DNA of 62,980 nt, filler included, from Choristocarpus tenellus KU-1152 (lineage: Eukaryota; Protista; Phaeophyceae), in NCBI GenBank assembly GCA_964200185.2. It is 9 parts of 9 records of this genome, joined end to end, with 100 filler letters (N's around TTAATTAATTAA, not from the genome) between each part and the next. Parts side by side here need not be neighbours in the genome. Positions count along the whole stretch, not along the records: positions 37,401 to 44,365 come from CAXNAD020006952.1; positions 44,466 to 60,015 come from CAXNAD020000975.1; 7 more parts are not named here. One strand, 5' to 3'. A model generated the notes under the pieces. It was not told the DNA's origin. It saw only the letters and a list, made by a program, of their open reading frames with translations, and did not search any database. Made by a program: the position numbers and the translations under genes. Below are positions 37,401 through 50,800 of this stretch, one piece after another. Numbering within the stretch: position 1 is the first letter of the stretch; each line of letters starts with the position of its first letter.

Positions 37401-40270
37401 ACCAAGCAATCTCGCCGGGTTTATCACCTTTATCCTCTTTGATGATTTTGGGGATACTTTAACACTACTTGCTGCAGTAACGACAATGCGCTCTCAAGAA
37501 GTTAGATATGAATGTTTCACGTTGGGGAGGCTAGTACAATGTCATCAAGATGAATCAGTAAGCCCATACACGACCCTAGAGCTGGAAATGTTTCTGACAT
37601 GAAGTGTTGATATGTCCATGGTGCATTGGAAACATCAAAGGGTAGGCTTTTGAATTCGTATTTTCCATCTGGTGTGACAAAGGCAGTTTTTTGGCATTCG
37701 CAGGCGTCGGTGATGGGTAGTTGCCAGCAGGCTGACTGAACATTGAGACACGACAGGTATTTTGCTCCCCAAACAACCTTCCATAGATGGTAACGGCCAA
37801 GAATTTATATACCAAATTATTGTTCAATGAGAGCCTAAAGTCTACGCAGAATCAAGGAGACCCATTTGAGGAGGGTTGAATTATTTGCTGATTTTCCATG
37901 TCCTCCACACAACTACGGATTATTTCACATATTTTGGGTGCAGTCCGATATGGTAGACGATTCACAGGAACTGTACCTGGTTTAAGTGGAAATTCAACAT
38001 TGGTATTATTGCAACAGCCTAGTTCCTCAGAAGTGAGAAAAAATACATGTCCATATTTAGGAACAAGGCCAAGTAGTTCTTCTTGTTCATTATCAGATAA
38101 CACTGTATCTACCAGGGCCTATTACCGAAAAATCCTTTTAACTCGTCACGGGCTTATTTAAGCTCCTCTGGAGTGTTCGGAGGAGCTGCTTTGGTACTGG
38201 TCTGTGCTTCAGAAAGAGGGTGTGAATTTGATCCAGTGGTGCTATATGACCTACAACAAATAGAGGAGGTATCTTAACACCTTGATTGGAAGGGTTGGCA
38301 ATTTTGAATAGGCAAGATCCATCCTCTTCCCAAACAATTAAAGACCGACTGACCATGATATCTTTCCATGGAGAGTGATGTTCCTCGCTGATGAAATCCA
38401 TGCTCGTCTTGACAATGGGCTCCACTACAGAATCTTTGGCTGATCCAGGTAAGGCCTGAGAACACAATGAAACAACAGTTTCGGTTCTCGGGGGTAAATA
38501 TGTTTGATGTCTTACATGTGTACAGGTATAGTGAACCCAGTTGAAACTGTAGCCACTGTCATGTTTGTTGAAAAGGTGTGGACAGTATTTTGACTGATGG
38601 TTGGTGGATTAATAATGAGTATAGGAGAAATTTTATGAGTGCCTGGAATGCGAACCGTGCTCCCAGAAAATGATATTTCTTCTCTATCCCAATCCAACTT
38701 CGCTCCAAAAGCAGCCATGATACTGTTGTCCAAAAATTATTTGTCAACACCTAAGGAAGGTAGAACAACTGCTCGAACAGGTAGTGTTTTGTTTCCAAAG
38801 GTTAGTTAAAGTTGAATAAAGCCATGTATTTGCGAAGGTCTTCCCCCAGCCCCTTTTAAATGTAAGGCACCATTTGGTACAGGACTGATGTGAGTAGAAC
38901 AAAGCATGGGATGGGCTTGCATGTAATGATAGCTAATGGCCAGGATGTCAGTTGCGGTATCAACTGTGATGTGTGAGACTGAATCGTCATCGATTTTGCC
39001 AGGAATCGATACTTGCAATGTACAAGGGTGCTTAGAGTAACATTGAATTGCAGATGTATTCCAACAACACACTGACTTGGTGCAACGCATTCAAGATGCT
39101 ACGAAGTCTTCACTCACTGATCCAATAAATTTGGAAGAATGCTTCACTGCTGAGGATGCCATTACATTAACAAATGAGTCTGAGGCAGTGGATTGTAATT
39201 TGGTGATTTTGAGTGATCAACCATTGTAGGTTTTTTCACTGTGAGGGTTGGAGTCCAAAGATAATTGTTAGAAAGATGTGATTGAGAAGTGTTTGTTCAA
39301 ATGCATCATCAAGTGGCCGATTTGATGAACAACTTGGCTGGTTGTCCACTTCTCTGTCGGATCCCAAAGAAAAATTGTGAAGATCTGATGTAGGCAGGTG
39401 TTGCCCATGTCTTCTTTACTTAGCCTATCTGAGTTCAATTTGTAACAACATTGCTCACTTCTGGTAAGGAAACCAATGGATACTACAAAAGCGTGACTGA
39501 GACATTTATTGCTCAAGTGAATCATTAGTTAGCCTATTTGAGTGACAACCTATCAAGCACAGGTTTGTTAACAACTGGGTAGGATACCATGAACTAGGAA
39601 AGGCCCAACCAAAAAATGCCCTTTAATCAGACACAGTTACGCATTATCTCCCTCCTTTATCTGCCTCAAAGAATTTGATGTCTTTGATATCTTTGGCAGA
39701 AAGAATTTTCACCACAAATGGCGGCTAGAACGACGTGCTGCACTTATCGTTCCATGAGTAACTTCAACCAGGTTGAATGTGGCTGTCAGGATTGAGACGG
39801 CTAGCGCGAAATCACGAAGGCTGCCACGTATCAAGTCTCTGAGTATGTACTGACTGGTATTATCCTCTATGAACTCCATCAAGACTTCATATTCCTGTCC
39901 AATTTCGCCCCGAATCGCAACCCGATACCGCGATGGTGTATCAAAATGGAAAGGGTCCCTGGTTTGTCCGTCGCCTCCCTTTCTTGCTCTGTGAGTCTCC
40001 CAGGGTATGCCTTCGACTAAATTAGTCGTCAGGATTACAGATGTGCCAGGTGAGTTTGGTGGAGGTGACGAGATCTGATCTAGAGAAGGTTGAGTATTGC
40101 CTTTGAATCCTCAAACTCGTACTTGTATTCGGTCACATTTTTGTTTGATATTGCCATGATATGGAGTTCCAACTTGGTGAATTCCCTTTCGACTGTCAGC
40201 GTGAGTACCACTATCGTGAGGCAGGGTCCAATCAGTCGTGAGGGGTGTTCAAAATCACCAGTTGTGACAT
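37401..40270 (-). mobile_element. Decayed Ty3/gypsy LTR retrotransposon (gag, protease, RT N-terminus)
   Basis: LSDNEQEELLGLVPKYGHVF..LGCCN..LKPGTVPVNRLPYRTAP..VEDMENQQIIQPSS is a classic gypsy RT N-terminus. Protease tail VLPSLGVDK*FLDNSIMAAFGAKLDW. Knuckle remnant HQIGHL. Candidate LTR end and PBS (TGTCACA-AC-TGGTGA) at 40255-40269. Confidence 0.85.
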
Positions 40271-41379
40271 GGTGAGGTGCTTCCAGCAAACCCAAACCTC
40301 TCTCGGTCATCAAATCTTAGGAAAAGTTTTTATGGGGTCTCAGATCCCACGTGTAATATCACATCTTTGTCAACGTTCAACCATAAGCGGTCAAAGGGTC
40401 TTCAAAAGTTTTCTGCGTTAGATGAATTACAAAGAAATGTGCGCGCAATACCCCTGTCTTGCGCGCGGATGTGAATTGGACTGAGATCAACTCCCAAACA
40501 AACAGACCGGTCTGTCACATATACTCCAACAACAAAACTATAAATCAATTACTTTTTTTTATTGAGAGGAAAGTGTTGGAAGTGGAAACCCGAAAGCGGG
40601 GAGTTTTACTTGTTGCTCGAAGCGGAGTATTTGGGGATTGGTTGCTGGTATTGATTGTTGTTGATTGCTTGCCAATTGTCCAACAAAAAAAAACGAGTTC
40701 AATTAACCTTAAACACAAACGTCACAAACCCGAATCATCAAAATCAAACCATCTTTGTTTACCTATCCATACTTCTAATTCACAACCACAACCTAACCTT
40801 TTCTCCTACACCTGCTGCCACAAGAATGGAAGATCAGACTGCAAACCCGCGCCACTCTAAGAGCATCAGTGCCACATCATTTGTGAGTCCCCGATCCACA
40901 ACTTGCCGATGTCAATATCATTTGAGATCACGTTGTCACGAACACAATGTAGCGGAAGATTAGAGGAGCAAGCTGTTTTCTTGGACTCTTAGTACTCACT
41001 TCTTTCCACTTGGCTTTACCGCAGTATCTGCATTCCTGGATCGGCTTAATGGTTTGAATGTGGCCCAAAAATCGTGGGAGGCTGTGTAGCAGTCAGAATA
41101 TCAATCTCCTAGTAGAGTTATTGGACTTTCTGTTGACCATGTTGTTCTGTATGGCTATGTTGGCAACAATCTCGTCTACTTAGCAAACAGTACTCAAGTC
41201 TATTCCCCTCGCACTTGACTCGGGCAGGACTTCTTCTACAGGACCTCTTCGTCGGCTGTGCACTCACCAGCGAAGTCAATGGCATCATCGTCCCCACCCC
41301 TGAAGAAGTGAACTATTAACAGAGAACTGACATCAGTTAATGGATAGGATTACATCAAAGATTGAAAATAATAGTCAAG

Positions 41380-43900
41380 TGCCGTACTCGATTTTCATCC
41401 TTAGTGCATGTGCTAATGGCCTGAGGGGATGATTTCGATTTTCACCCTTCTTGTAAATTGTCTAGGGTCGTCGACCCTTTCGTTCGTGTTCTTAGGATGA
41501 TCTTATGAATTGACATCTCGGCGTTTTGTAGGAATCTTTTTAGTAGATTTTGCATTGAAGACTGCGAGGAACTTCATGTTAAGGATTTGTAGATAGAAGT
41601 CATTTCTATATTTTGTTCTCTCGTATTTTGGATATGTAAGTATTTGGCGCTGTGTCTTATGGGATAACAGGTCAAGAACATTTGAATGTTCGCCTTCTCT
41701 TGTAAATTGTGCAGGGGTCGTTGCCCCTATTTTTCTTGGGATCTTATCGATTGACATTTCGGCATTCTGTGACTATTTTTTTCTACTTTCGCTCTCGGTA
41801 CCATCAGGGAGGTCACGTTTGGGGACAGTAGATATTTTTGTCATGTTTTGTGATCTGAAGTTTTTCTTTTCTTGTTATTTTGGTTGCATAACGAGCTGTA
41901 AAAGCTGTAAAAAGGTAGAAGCTGTATTTCAAGTTTAGATGGTTTAAGTTGATTTCCAAAATAAGGAAATATGAGCTCCTTGTTCTTATTTCGTAAGGGT
42001 CTAAGCATTGTTCTTTTGAGGGCTTGCTGAGGTGTGGATTCATTTTTCTCTGAATCACTTGTCCATGTTACCTCTCAATGTGTAGACTTCAATTTTTTCT
42101 TCAGGGCTCTCCTACGTAAGGTAGTGGAGGCTTCAAGATTTGTCTTTTCCTGTAGTAGGGTGCTATGGACTGTATGGAAGGCATCTGTCAACATGTTTGT
42201 GGAATACATGCAAGGCAGGACAGTAGTGTGTACCACATTTAATTTGATACAACTTCTGAACTGAACTGCGTGTTGTAGTTGATTATGCCAGGATGTAAAA
42301 GATAAAAATATGAAACATACTTCAAACATCCATCACGATCCTTCAGATTTCATGTGCTTGCATGATTTATTCTATGGAGAAATGAATAGTGATGCCTCTC
42401 ATTTCCACCTTTGGGTTCAAAAGTTCATGAACTGCACCTTTCTAAACATTAATGAGTGAATCTCTTTGATGAGATTCACCACCAGTAGATTCTGTTTAGA
42501 ATTCTCTCTTGTGGGCTGGAGCCGATGGTAGTGCTCTGTAGTAATGTAAGTCTGTCAAGAACTGGTTTTTATTATTTTGTAGTAAATTATGTAAGGAAAT
42601 AGTAAGTATGGGTTGATGAACTAGAACATGGAAGAGTTCAGGACCGCGAAATATTGTAGCAATTATCTGTGATTTGTGATCATTGACGCATGATACGGGA
42701 GAGATTTAGTGAGGGAGAACCCCCCTCTTCTTCATCTACAACCTGTCCAACCAAGTATGCAACCAAGTCATTTGTATACACAAGTCTTAGGAACATCAGC
42801 TTCTTTATCAAAGAAGGACAAAGCATTGCTGCTTGATGTTGGGGGTTCCAACAAGATGTGATAAGAACAAACTGGACTTGAAAAAACTCTTCGCACTCAA
42901 CGAATTACTGCTCAGAACAAGTGTACGTGTATGTACGCTTACTAAGATATGCACTACCAAGTGGTTGACTGTGATCCCTACCGAAGTGATATTTTTTCAG
43001 AGGATGAATCAGAGTGGTGTGTGGTAACTATCGGGTTCCTTGCGAAGAGTAGACCCTTCTGACTGTTTGACAACCGCACTCTGTGAACCACAGTCTTACA
43101 GTGGTGCTGAACAACAATGTCTGCCACATTTCTCACACAACCGTCTGTAAGCAACCTACCCAACAGAAGCCTGTTCAAAAGTAGGGGTATGAACGTGGTG
43201 ATAACAATTGGACTGTTGTATCTTTGATTGAGCTGTCGCAATTGGTCAACAGTTGCCCTCTTCTTGCAGTGCTTAATGCAGGAAGGAGCCCCTTTCATTC
43301 ATGATGTACTGGTCCACCTTCAAGGTAGTTTTGGATGGAATTGCATCTACCCATATGCAGCAAGAAGTGCAAGATGTCTAAGATGTGTCCTGCTCTGTCA
43401 GGTGGGCTTTGTGTGCTACCACGGTCGACCTGACCAATTTTATACTTTCTGTTTGTATGAGTTATTTTTGTCTGTATACACACTTTGATGCTCTGCTGTT
43501 GATTACTTCAACAAGAAATGTTTAGGTAGCGTATGTATGTGTGCTCTCAGTATTAGGCCTCGAAAAACAGCTTTTCAGATCAGGCAGCAGAGAGTACGGA
43601 TCTGTAGACTCACTTGAATGATACAAGGTTTTTGGACTGCTGCCGTCAGGTGATGACTGCACAGATCCGTACACTTGCTGAATGAAGACATGTTCTTAAT
43701 GGTGTTCTAATCGAACTTTTAATACCATCTTTAGGATCACGTGTGAGTATTGACTCTTCTTATTGCATAATATCCTATGGCCAACAATATGCCATGTCAA
43801 GCTCCAAGTACTCAATTTGGTATACTACCTGTTGCATAATAAATCTGTAAGGACAACCAGTGTGTCGGATGCGGTGAGAGATCGGTGGAGTCCTTGTCAA
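41380..43900 (-). mobile_element. Highly decayed DNA transposon, possibly hAT (DUF659-like)
   Basis: Remnants LLTDGC (~43145; xDGW-like) and AVHELLNPK (~42410-42440; YFLNP-like) in the expected order. Direct repeats at one end and a hairpin at the other. Weak. Confidence 0.35.
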
Positions 43901-44059
43901 AAAGGGAGGTGTGCAATGCTTTCTTCAATAGCACAGTCAACCCCAGATTTACCATTCGCGGTTCCCCAAACCATGAAGGCATCTCACAGGCATGTATTAA
44001 GCTACAGGTATACATTCCCCTATTCTCCATTCCCGTCCTTTCTTGTGTATTCCTTCTCC

Positions 44060-44290
44060 TGACCACCCCCTCGGGACCCCTTCGCCGCTGGTTTCCTATT
44101 TACTTCCCCATGAGGTGACCAACCAGTACGACCCATTCACCCCTGATTTCCAGTCACCCACCACCTCTGATGACCAACCAGTGCGAATGCCCTTTGTCAC
44201 TGATTGCCAGCCATCCCCGACATCTGATGACCAACCAGTGCGAACCCCCTTCGCCCCTGATTTCCAGTCACCCCCCCCACCTTTTAACCC
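44060..44290. repeat. Second locus of the ~56-bp minisatellite seen at 7044-7320
   Basis: Three clear units and one degenerate unit of tgaccaaccagtgcg..cccttcgcccctgatttccagtcacccc. Confidence 0.88.
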
Positions 44291-44613
44291 CACAGTAAGG
44301 TGCACCAATATCGTCAGGGGTACCAGGATCAAGTCCCTCCCACACACACTCACAGCTTATCCTCCNNNNNNNNNNNNNNNNNNNNNNNNNNNNNNNNNNN
44401 NNNNNNNNNTTAATTAATTAANNNNNNNNNNNNNNNNNNNNNNNNNNNNNNNNNNNNNNNNNNNNAAAAACAAAAAAAGGGGGGGGGGGGGGGGGGGGGG
44501 TGGGGGCAGGGAGCGGCAGAAAAAAATACAAAAAAAATTATGTATTAATAAAACTTGCATAAAAAATCTCCTCCAAAATGTTTTTCTCCAAAGCCTGAAC
44601 CAGGGATAAAAAA

Positions 44614-44638
44614 TAGGGTTAGGGTTAGGGTTAGGGTT
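44614..44638 (+). repeat. Interstitial (TTAGGG)~4
   Basis: Direct reading. Confidence 0.85.
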
Positions 44639-44845
44639 CGTTGAAAACTACCGAGCCAGTACAGGAGAACTTGTGAAAAGATATCTACGATATTAAGATC
44701 ATCTCCACATACACCGCCATAAACGTATTTCAAACCATCACGTTCCATCCTTCCAACCACCCAAAATATTTTGGTAGTCACAATCTCCAACTTCTAGTCA
44801 ACACAATCTTGGGATACGTCAGTTCCATTCATGATTAGCACGCAC

Positions 44846-47800
44846 CTTTTTCTTCCTTGCTGCTTCTTCTAATGCCAAAACCTTTGCCACCAGTCTTGCC
44901 CTGTGTGTATCAGCTTCCACAAGACGAGTATTAGTCTCCAATAGACGAACTTCCTGCAGATGGTATAGGGGGCGAGGTTCTGGATGTTGGTGTCCTTTTA
45001 TGCGGGTGGGGGGCATGGGAATCTGGTCTGGGTCTAGGTAGAGGAGTGTAGATTAGAATGAATTGACTCAAACAGATCTCCCTTTGAGTCCTTTTGTTGA
45101 GTCATACTGCACTCATATATAAAGTTGAGAGCAGTAATTCCCATCTCGTTGAACACGGTGCATACAGCATCTCACTTGATCAAAATTCACTCCCATTTTC
45201 CAGCAACCTCTCTCCATTTCCAACTGTTCTGTCCAAACAATCGCTCTTACACTTCAAAGATAAATTTCCAAATAGTTGTACCCTGTGGGCATCACAAATG
45301 TTCTTTGTACAATTATGTTGCAATAGGATTGACACAGTAAGTAGGGTGGACATACAACCACTGCAGGCAGGCTGATCTGCCTGAGGAGAAGTTCTACCTG
45401 TATTCAAATCTGAAATACCTGCGACAATTTTTTAAGTATTTCGAACAAGATTTTAAGGATTGCTTTTTCTCAATGTGTAGACGAAAAAAATGAACCATAA
45501 AATATTCTGTTGCAAAGTACACGGGAACAATTCCAAAATTTGACTTCTTTTTTTTTAATGCATCATATCAAGACAAATGACCCTTAAAAAAATGTTAAAA
45601 CTCAGAAAATTGACGTGGAGTTTTGGGAGATTGAGGATTTAATGCTGGAGACAACGATCTGTGCACATTTGGAGCTGTAACTCAATGTGCACCCTCCACC
45701 CTTATCTTTCATATGCAAACATCACCCCAACAATTCAGTGCCGAGGTCAGACGGAGAAAAAAAAAAATTGTGAAGTCAAGAACCAAGGGTGTTCATTTTT
45801 CATCTCCCTGTACAAGTTCCCAATTGACCCTACCTTACAAACCATGCATTTAAAGAGATAAATCAGACTGAATAGATTCTTGAGCAACACGGAACAATTT
45901 GTACGCTTGGTGCACTGCTCAATTTGTTGCAATTTTCGCTATACTCAGAATTCAAAGCTCTTCGAATATTTAGCCCGAATCAGCTAGTAGTCAGTCACTA
46001 ACAGCATCCTCCTGCATATCTCAACCTCTAAAACATACCTTGATTGCAACAAAATCCTTTCGTATTTTGTGCCATCGTCGCTGGACTCTTGAACTAATTC
46101 ATATCTTTTCAAAGGAAGAATAAACGAAATCAGAATAATAATTATTATTATGGATTCTTCTCAAAAGCGGGTGAAATGAAGAAAGCAACGTAGCCCTCTC
46201 ACGGGAAGGGAACATGATGCAGAGTTAGCCTAACCAAGAAGCGCACAACAGTAGCTCTGAAACCAACCACGTGCACGACAACTCCACTCGAATCCATACC
46301 TTCGAACAAAACCTACGTTCACCACAAAATCGATTTTAAAACAATAGCAACAGAAACAAAAAAGCTAATACCTTTAGGAAAAAAACATAACATACAGTAC
46401 TATAAATCAGCCACGAAAAAATGCAACCATGCTTTTCGTTGTGAACAACACAACTCTGATGTTGTGTTGATTGTGTGCATTCTACTATATGTTTCTTTCT
46501 CCTCCGTAATAGCACCAACAAAATATTGACTACACATAGAACAAAGTCTACGCATAGAACAAAGTCTATACGACCACAGTGAAAATAACAAATGCATCTT
46601 TTCATTCTTGGTATTTCCTTATCAGCAAAAAATCTACTGAAAATTTCTTTCTAACTTGGGAATAAATGGATAAAAAAAAAAGGAGACGGCTCATGTTACG
46701 TGCGGTAGGGAAAAATAAGATTTAGCCAATCGTGACCTCCCTTCAAATTATAAAGGCAGTACAGAATGAATAATGAGGTGGCAATGTAGTCTCAGAGCTG
46801 TACACCACATACTCTTCGATATCAGAAAGAATACAAGATTATAGATGACATTGACTGCTGGTTATGTACCCCTGGCATTTGAATGACGCCAACACCGCTC
46901 CCACAGAAAAAGAATTTAAAAAGTATCCACATAGCATTACCATTGTCAAGACACATGCCAAGGCAAAAGTATACTGCGGGGTTGAATAAAACAGTACCTG
47001 CATAGATAACCGCCTTCGAAGGCTGTTAACCTCAAGGCGCAAGTCCTCGGCCCCTGCAATCAAGTTACTGTTCTCATTCCTGACCGGCTGGTTCTTGATC
47101 AGCTTTGCTCGTTGAACAAACTAACAGTGAGTTTTTAGTGGATACTTCAATTAGATGAGCAATATACATAATATGAATATTTGTGTTTGAATACTCTTGT
47201 GTGATACAATGACAGGTATAAAACAACATACCAAGACTGTCAGTGCAAGGAAATCCATAACTGTTACTGTCAGTTGAATAATTCATCCACTTTCGGGTCA
47301 CTCAACTGACCAAAATAAGTTCAACTCTGGAAATAGTGTACAATGGAGAACCAATGAGAAAAGCCTCAGGAAGCTCACCCTAGAGGTGCACTGCTCAACT
47401 CTAAATATCTTCCTTGATGACAACAGGAAATATCAAGGACAACAGAATCCACCCTGTGCAACAATTCACTCGCACCATTTTTGAAAATTCTACAGATATG
47501 GTGGGCTGCTAACCAAAGACCTACCACGAGATAGACTATGGGTACTTGGAACAAACAACACCTTCCGCACAAGACAAATGAGTGTGTAAAATGGTGATGA
47601 TCAGATTCATCAAGGAAAAAGGGTCAGATAGGGTCTCTCAATGGTCCCATTTGCCAAATTTGCCGAGTACAGCTTCGTTAGGGTATTAGACAGAAGGACT
47701 GTGAATCTACATTATTTTCCAAGTTCACACAAACCAAGCAACTGCCCGACCCTTATCTAAATACAATTCTACATAGTGTATAAACAGACTGCACACACAG

Positions 47801-50800
47801 GTATATTGGTTTGTTACTTTCCAAATAGCCATCGGTTTGTGGAGGGTGAGTAAAAAACGACTCAAACATGCTCAGCGACCCTGTACAAATGTTTGATCAA
47901 AAGAAACATTGGAACCCCACAGAGTGTTCCACTGGTACAGAAAAACACTGTTCTGTCCAGTGTTGACATACATATGCTGTAGAGAGAGACTGGGCTTTGG
48001 GAAAGCTAAACGGCTTGAATATAGCAAATAAAAGAGGTCTTGTCGATTCCAAGCTAAAAAAATTACCGATGGCAAGGCAATGCGAGTTGTTAAATATTAA
48101 CCGATCTATGTTGTATTATCAGCCCCAAATAATGAGTTTATATAATAAAAAATCATGGATAGAATAGATGAAATATATACAGACAACCTAGATTATGGTT
48201 ATCGCTATATTTATAAATCTTTATTAGAAGAGGGTTTTAATATTGGTAGAGAATAAGGAAAAAAAGGTAAAATAATCCATGACAAATCATCGATTACTAT
48301 TATTCTTTGGTTGGAAAAACATGTCTAAGTAGGGGTAGGATTTAGTCCATGGGACAGCATGACAGTGAGAAATAGTAATTGTATAATGGATTTGGCTTAT
48401 ACTGTCAGCAGCATGACATAGACCGTCACGCAGACCCATCAACCCCCAAATATTTAACTGGTGGCATCTCTGATTTTTTGTCAAAATTAGCGGTCTGCAC
48501 AATTTTTGGGTATGCTTACAACACTGTAACTCCATCAATCCCCATATTGCACTGTATCACTTGCATTTCTATTCAAATCAAAATTGGGGAGGTGCACAGA
48601 ACATAGAAAAGAGGGAGACCAAAAACAGAAAGTTGATATCACTCTCCTTCTCATCTCCATACCTTCACTTTGATGTTCTGGAAAAACGAAGGCTTACATT
48701 TTTTTTTTTACTGCTAGAGACTCCGAACAAGGCGATCATCCATTTCTCCATACATTATCTTTTTTGAAGTACAACAAAATGTTTTTTACTTCCAAAAATT
48801 AGATAACTCTTTGTTTACATTTTCATAATCTGGTAGAAAACAGAAGAAAAAGTAAACACACACACATGACCAATCAACCTTGAGGGTGGAAAGTGTTTCT
48901 GTTGCATCCGCACTCCTGGGTGAGAGCATGCCCACCAACACAGTCTTGCTGTTTCCCCCCAGCGAGTCTGCCAGTAATCAAGTCAGCTTGGAGTCTCGGT
49001 ACGGAACCTGCACCATTAGTATCAAAATGGTAGTCCAACAGGTACCACCATTTTTTTTCAAGATGAGTCGGGCTTGGGGAGTAAGGGTTACACAAGCAAC
49101 GGATATTGTGGAGCATCACTTTCATCACAGAGAAGCCACTCTGGAGTTGCAACAGAAAGCACTAACTTCTACTACTCCAGACATCAGTAAGAGATTCTAT
49201 CGTTTCGCTGAAGTGGAGAAAAAAAAAGATGATTGTCTTCACTCTCACCCACAATATTGGTAGGGTTTTGCTTCCATCAAACATATCAGGTGCTCCCACA
49301 TAATCCTTGAGAAAAATACTTATTCTGAGAGTAAGAACGAAATCAGTTCTTTCATCAAGAAGGAAGGACTCACATGGTTCAGAGAGCTTGGCCCATCCTC
49401 CACAATAGAGTTTATTACTCTGCCAAGAGCACTGAGGGACTTGTTGATGCTAGCCGCTTCTTTGAGCTGCGCCCCTGATGACTGTGCATGATTAATAGCA
49501 TCCATTTTTTCATGAAGAAATATCGAGACATGTTCCAGCACAAGGGATTGAAACAGATAATTTATGCCTTGCATTGGTATAGAGTATCGTAAAATATACC
49601 AATAATAAATGCACTGTAGTAATGTATTCAAAAACTTGCACCTCTATCGAACAGTATCTTATTTTCATTTTCTTAAGTGGGAGCGAATTCAAGAACGCAA
49701 AAATACACAAGACCACATATATTTAGAGAGAAACAAAAGTTGACATGAAGAGAACATCTCTTTTCTACCTATTTGGTTTCGCAGAATATAGTATAATATC
49801 AGCATTAGCTATTGCTAGAGGTTAAGCTGTGGACATCTCCGTGTTTGAAAATTTCAACAACGCTAACAAACTTTGTTTGGGAAGGAGAGGTTGTACAAGT
49901 AGAGGTGGTATGCGGTTATGGGCTCGGTAGGCACATGAAAAATTCTTCAACCGAACGACTACTTGTTATGAACCCTCGAAAAGAAGGGTCACCAATAGCA
50001 GTCACCCACAATTCAACATCAATATTGTTCAATGCATTCGTAAGCGTCAAAAGAATAGGCACGGAGGTGTGCCTCCTACATACTAACAGTCGATCCTAAA
50101 GTACTACTATAGAGTTGGGAAACACTGGTGGCATCAACCAACTCCAATCCAAAAAACCGATCCCCCCGACTATGGAAGACCTGCATTCGAATTGTTGTTA
50201 TGAGTAAATCTGACGCTGTTGAAGTTGAAATTTATCAGGGTGCTACAAGTGACCCATTTAATATCCCAGGCTGCAACGTTCTCGCGTAAAGTCAACCTTC
50301 ATCGATATGCCAATAAAGCTGATCGAGAATCGTCTTGGAAGCATCATATGGTGGTAAGGAAAAGACACTATGCATGGAGGCTGAGCATACAACAGGGATA
50401 AATAAGATTGGCTGGGGTAGTGTACTCATTGTGATACGGAGGGTGATTGTATGGAAGGAGGTTGAGTGTGAGGAATTAGAGATTAAGACAGAATCTATGT
50501 ACGCTATGTGGGTACTTGCAAGCGAATTGTAACGGAAGGGGGCTATCATAGAGGAGAGCAATTGCGGATATCTCAATTCGGGTAAGTTATGAACCTCGAA
50601 CACCTTATTCGGAGTAATGGTAAGCCTGACGGGAAATCGGTTAGGAAGGAAACAGTGGTAAAGAAGATGGAATGTGTGTGAGGAGTTACGCACAGAATAT
50701 AGGCACGATATTGCATGGTACAGTACAAATTTCGTAATTTAGGGAAGATGTATTGAAGGGAAATACGCGGAACAAGCACTATGGGAAGTATGGTTCAAAG

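Noticed and set aside
45075-45420. Possible extra kinesin exon (ORF 45180..45407)
   Set aside because: A phase-0 reading from the gcag acceptor stops within five codons, and the flanking exons already join in frame.
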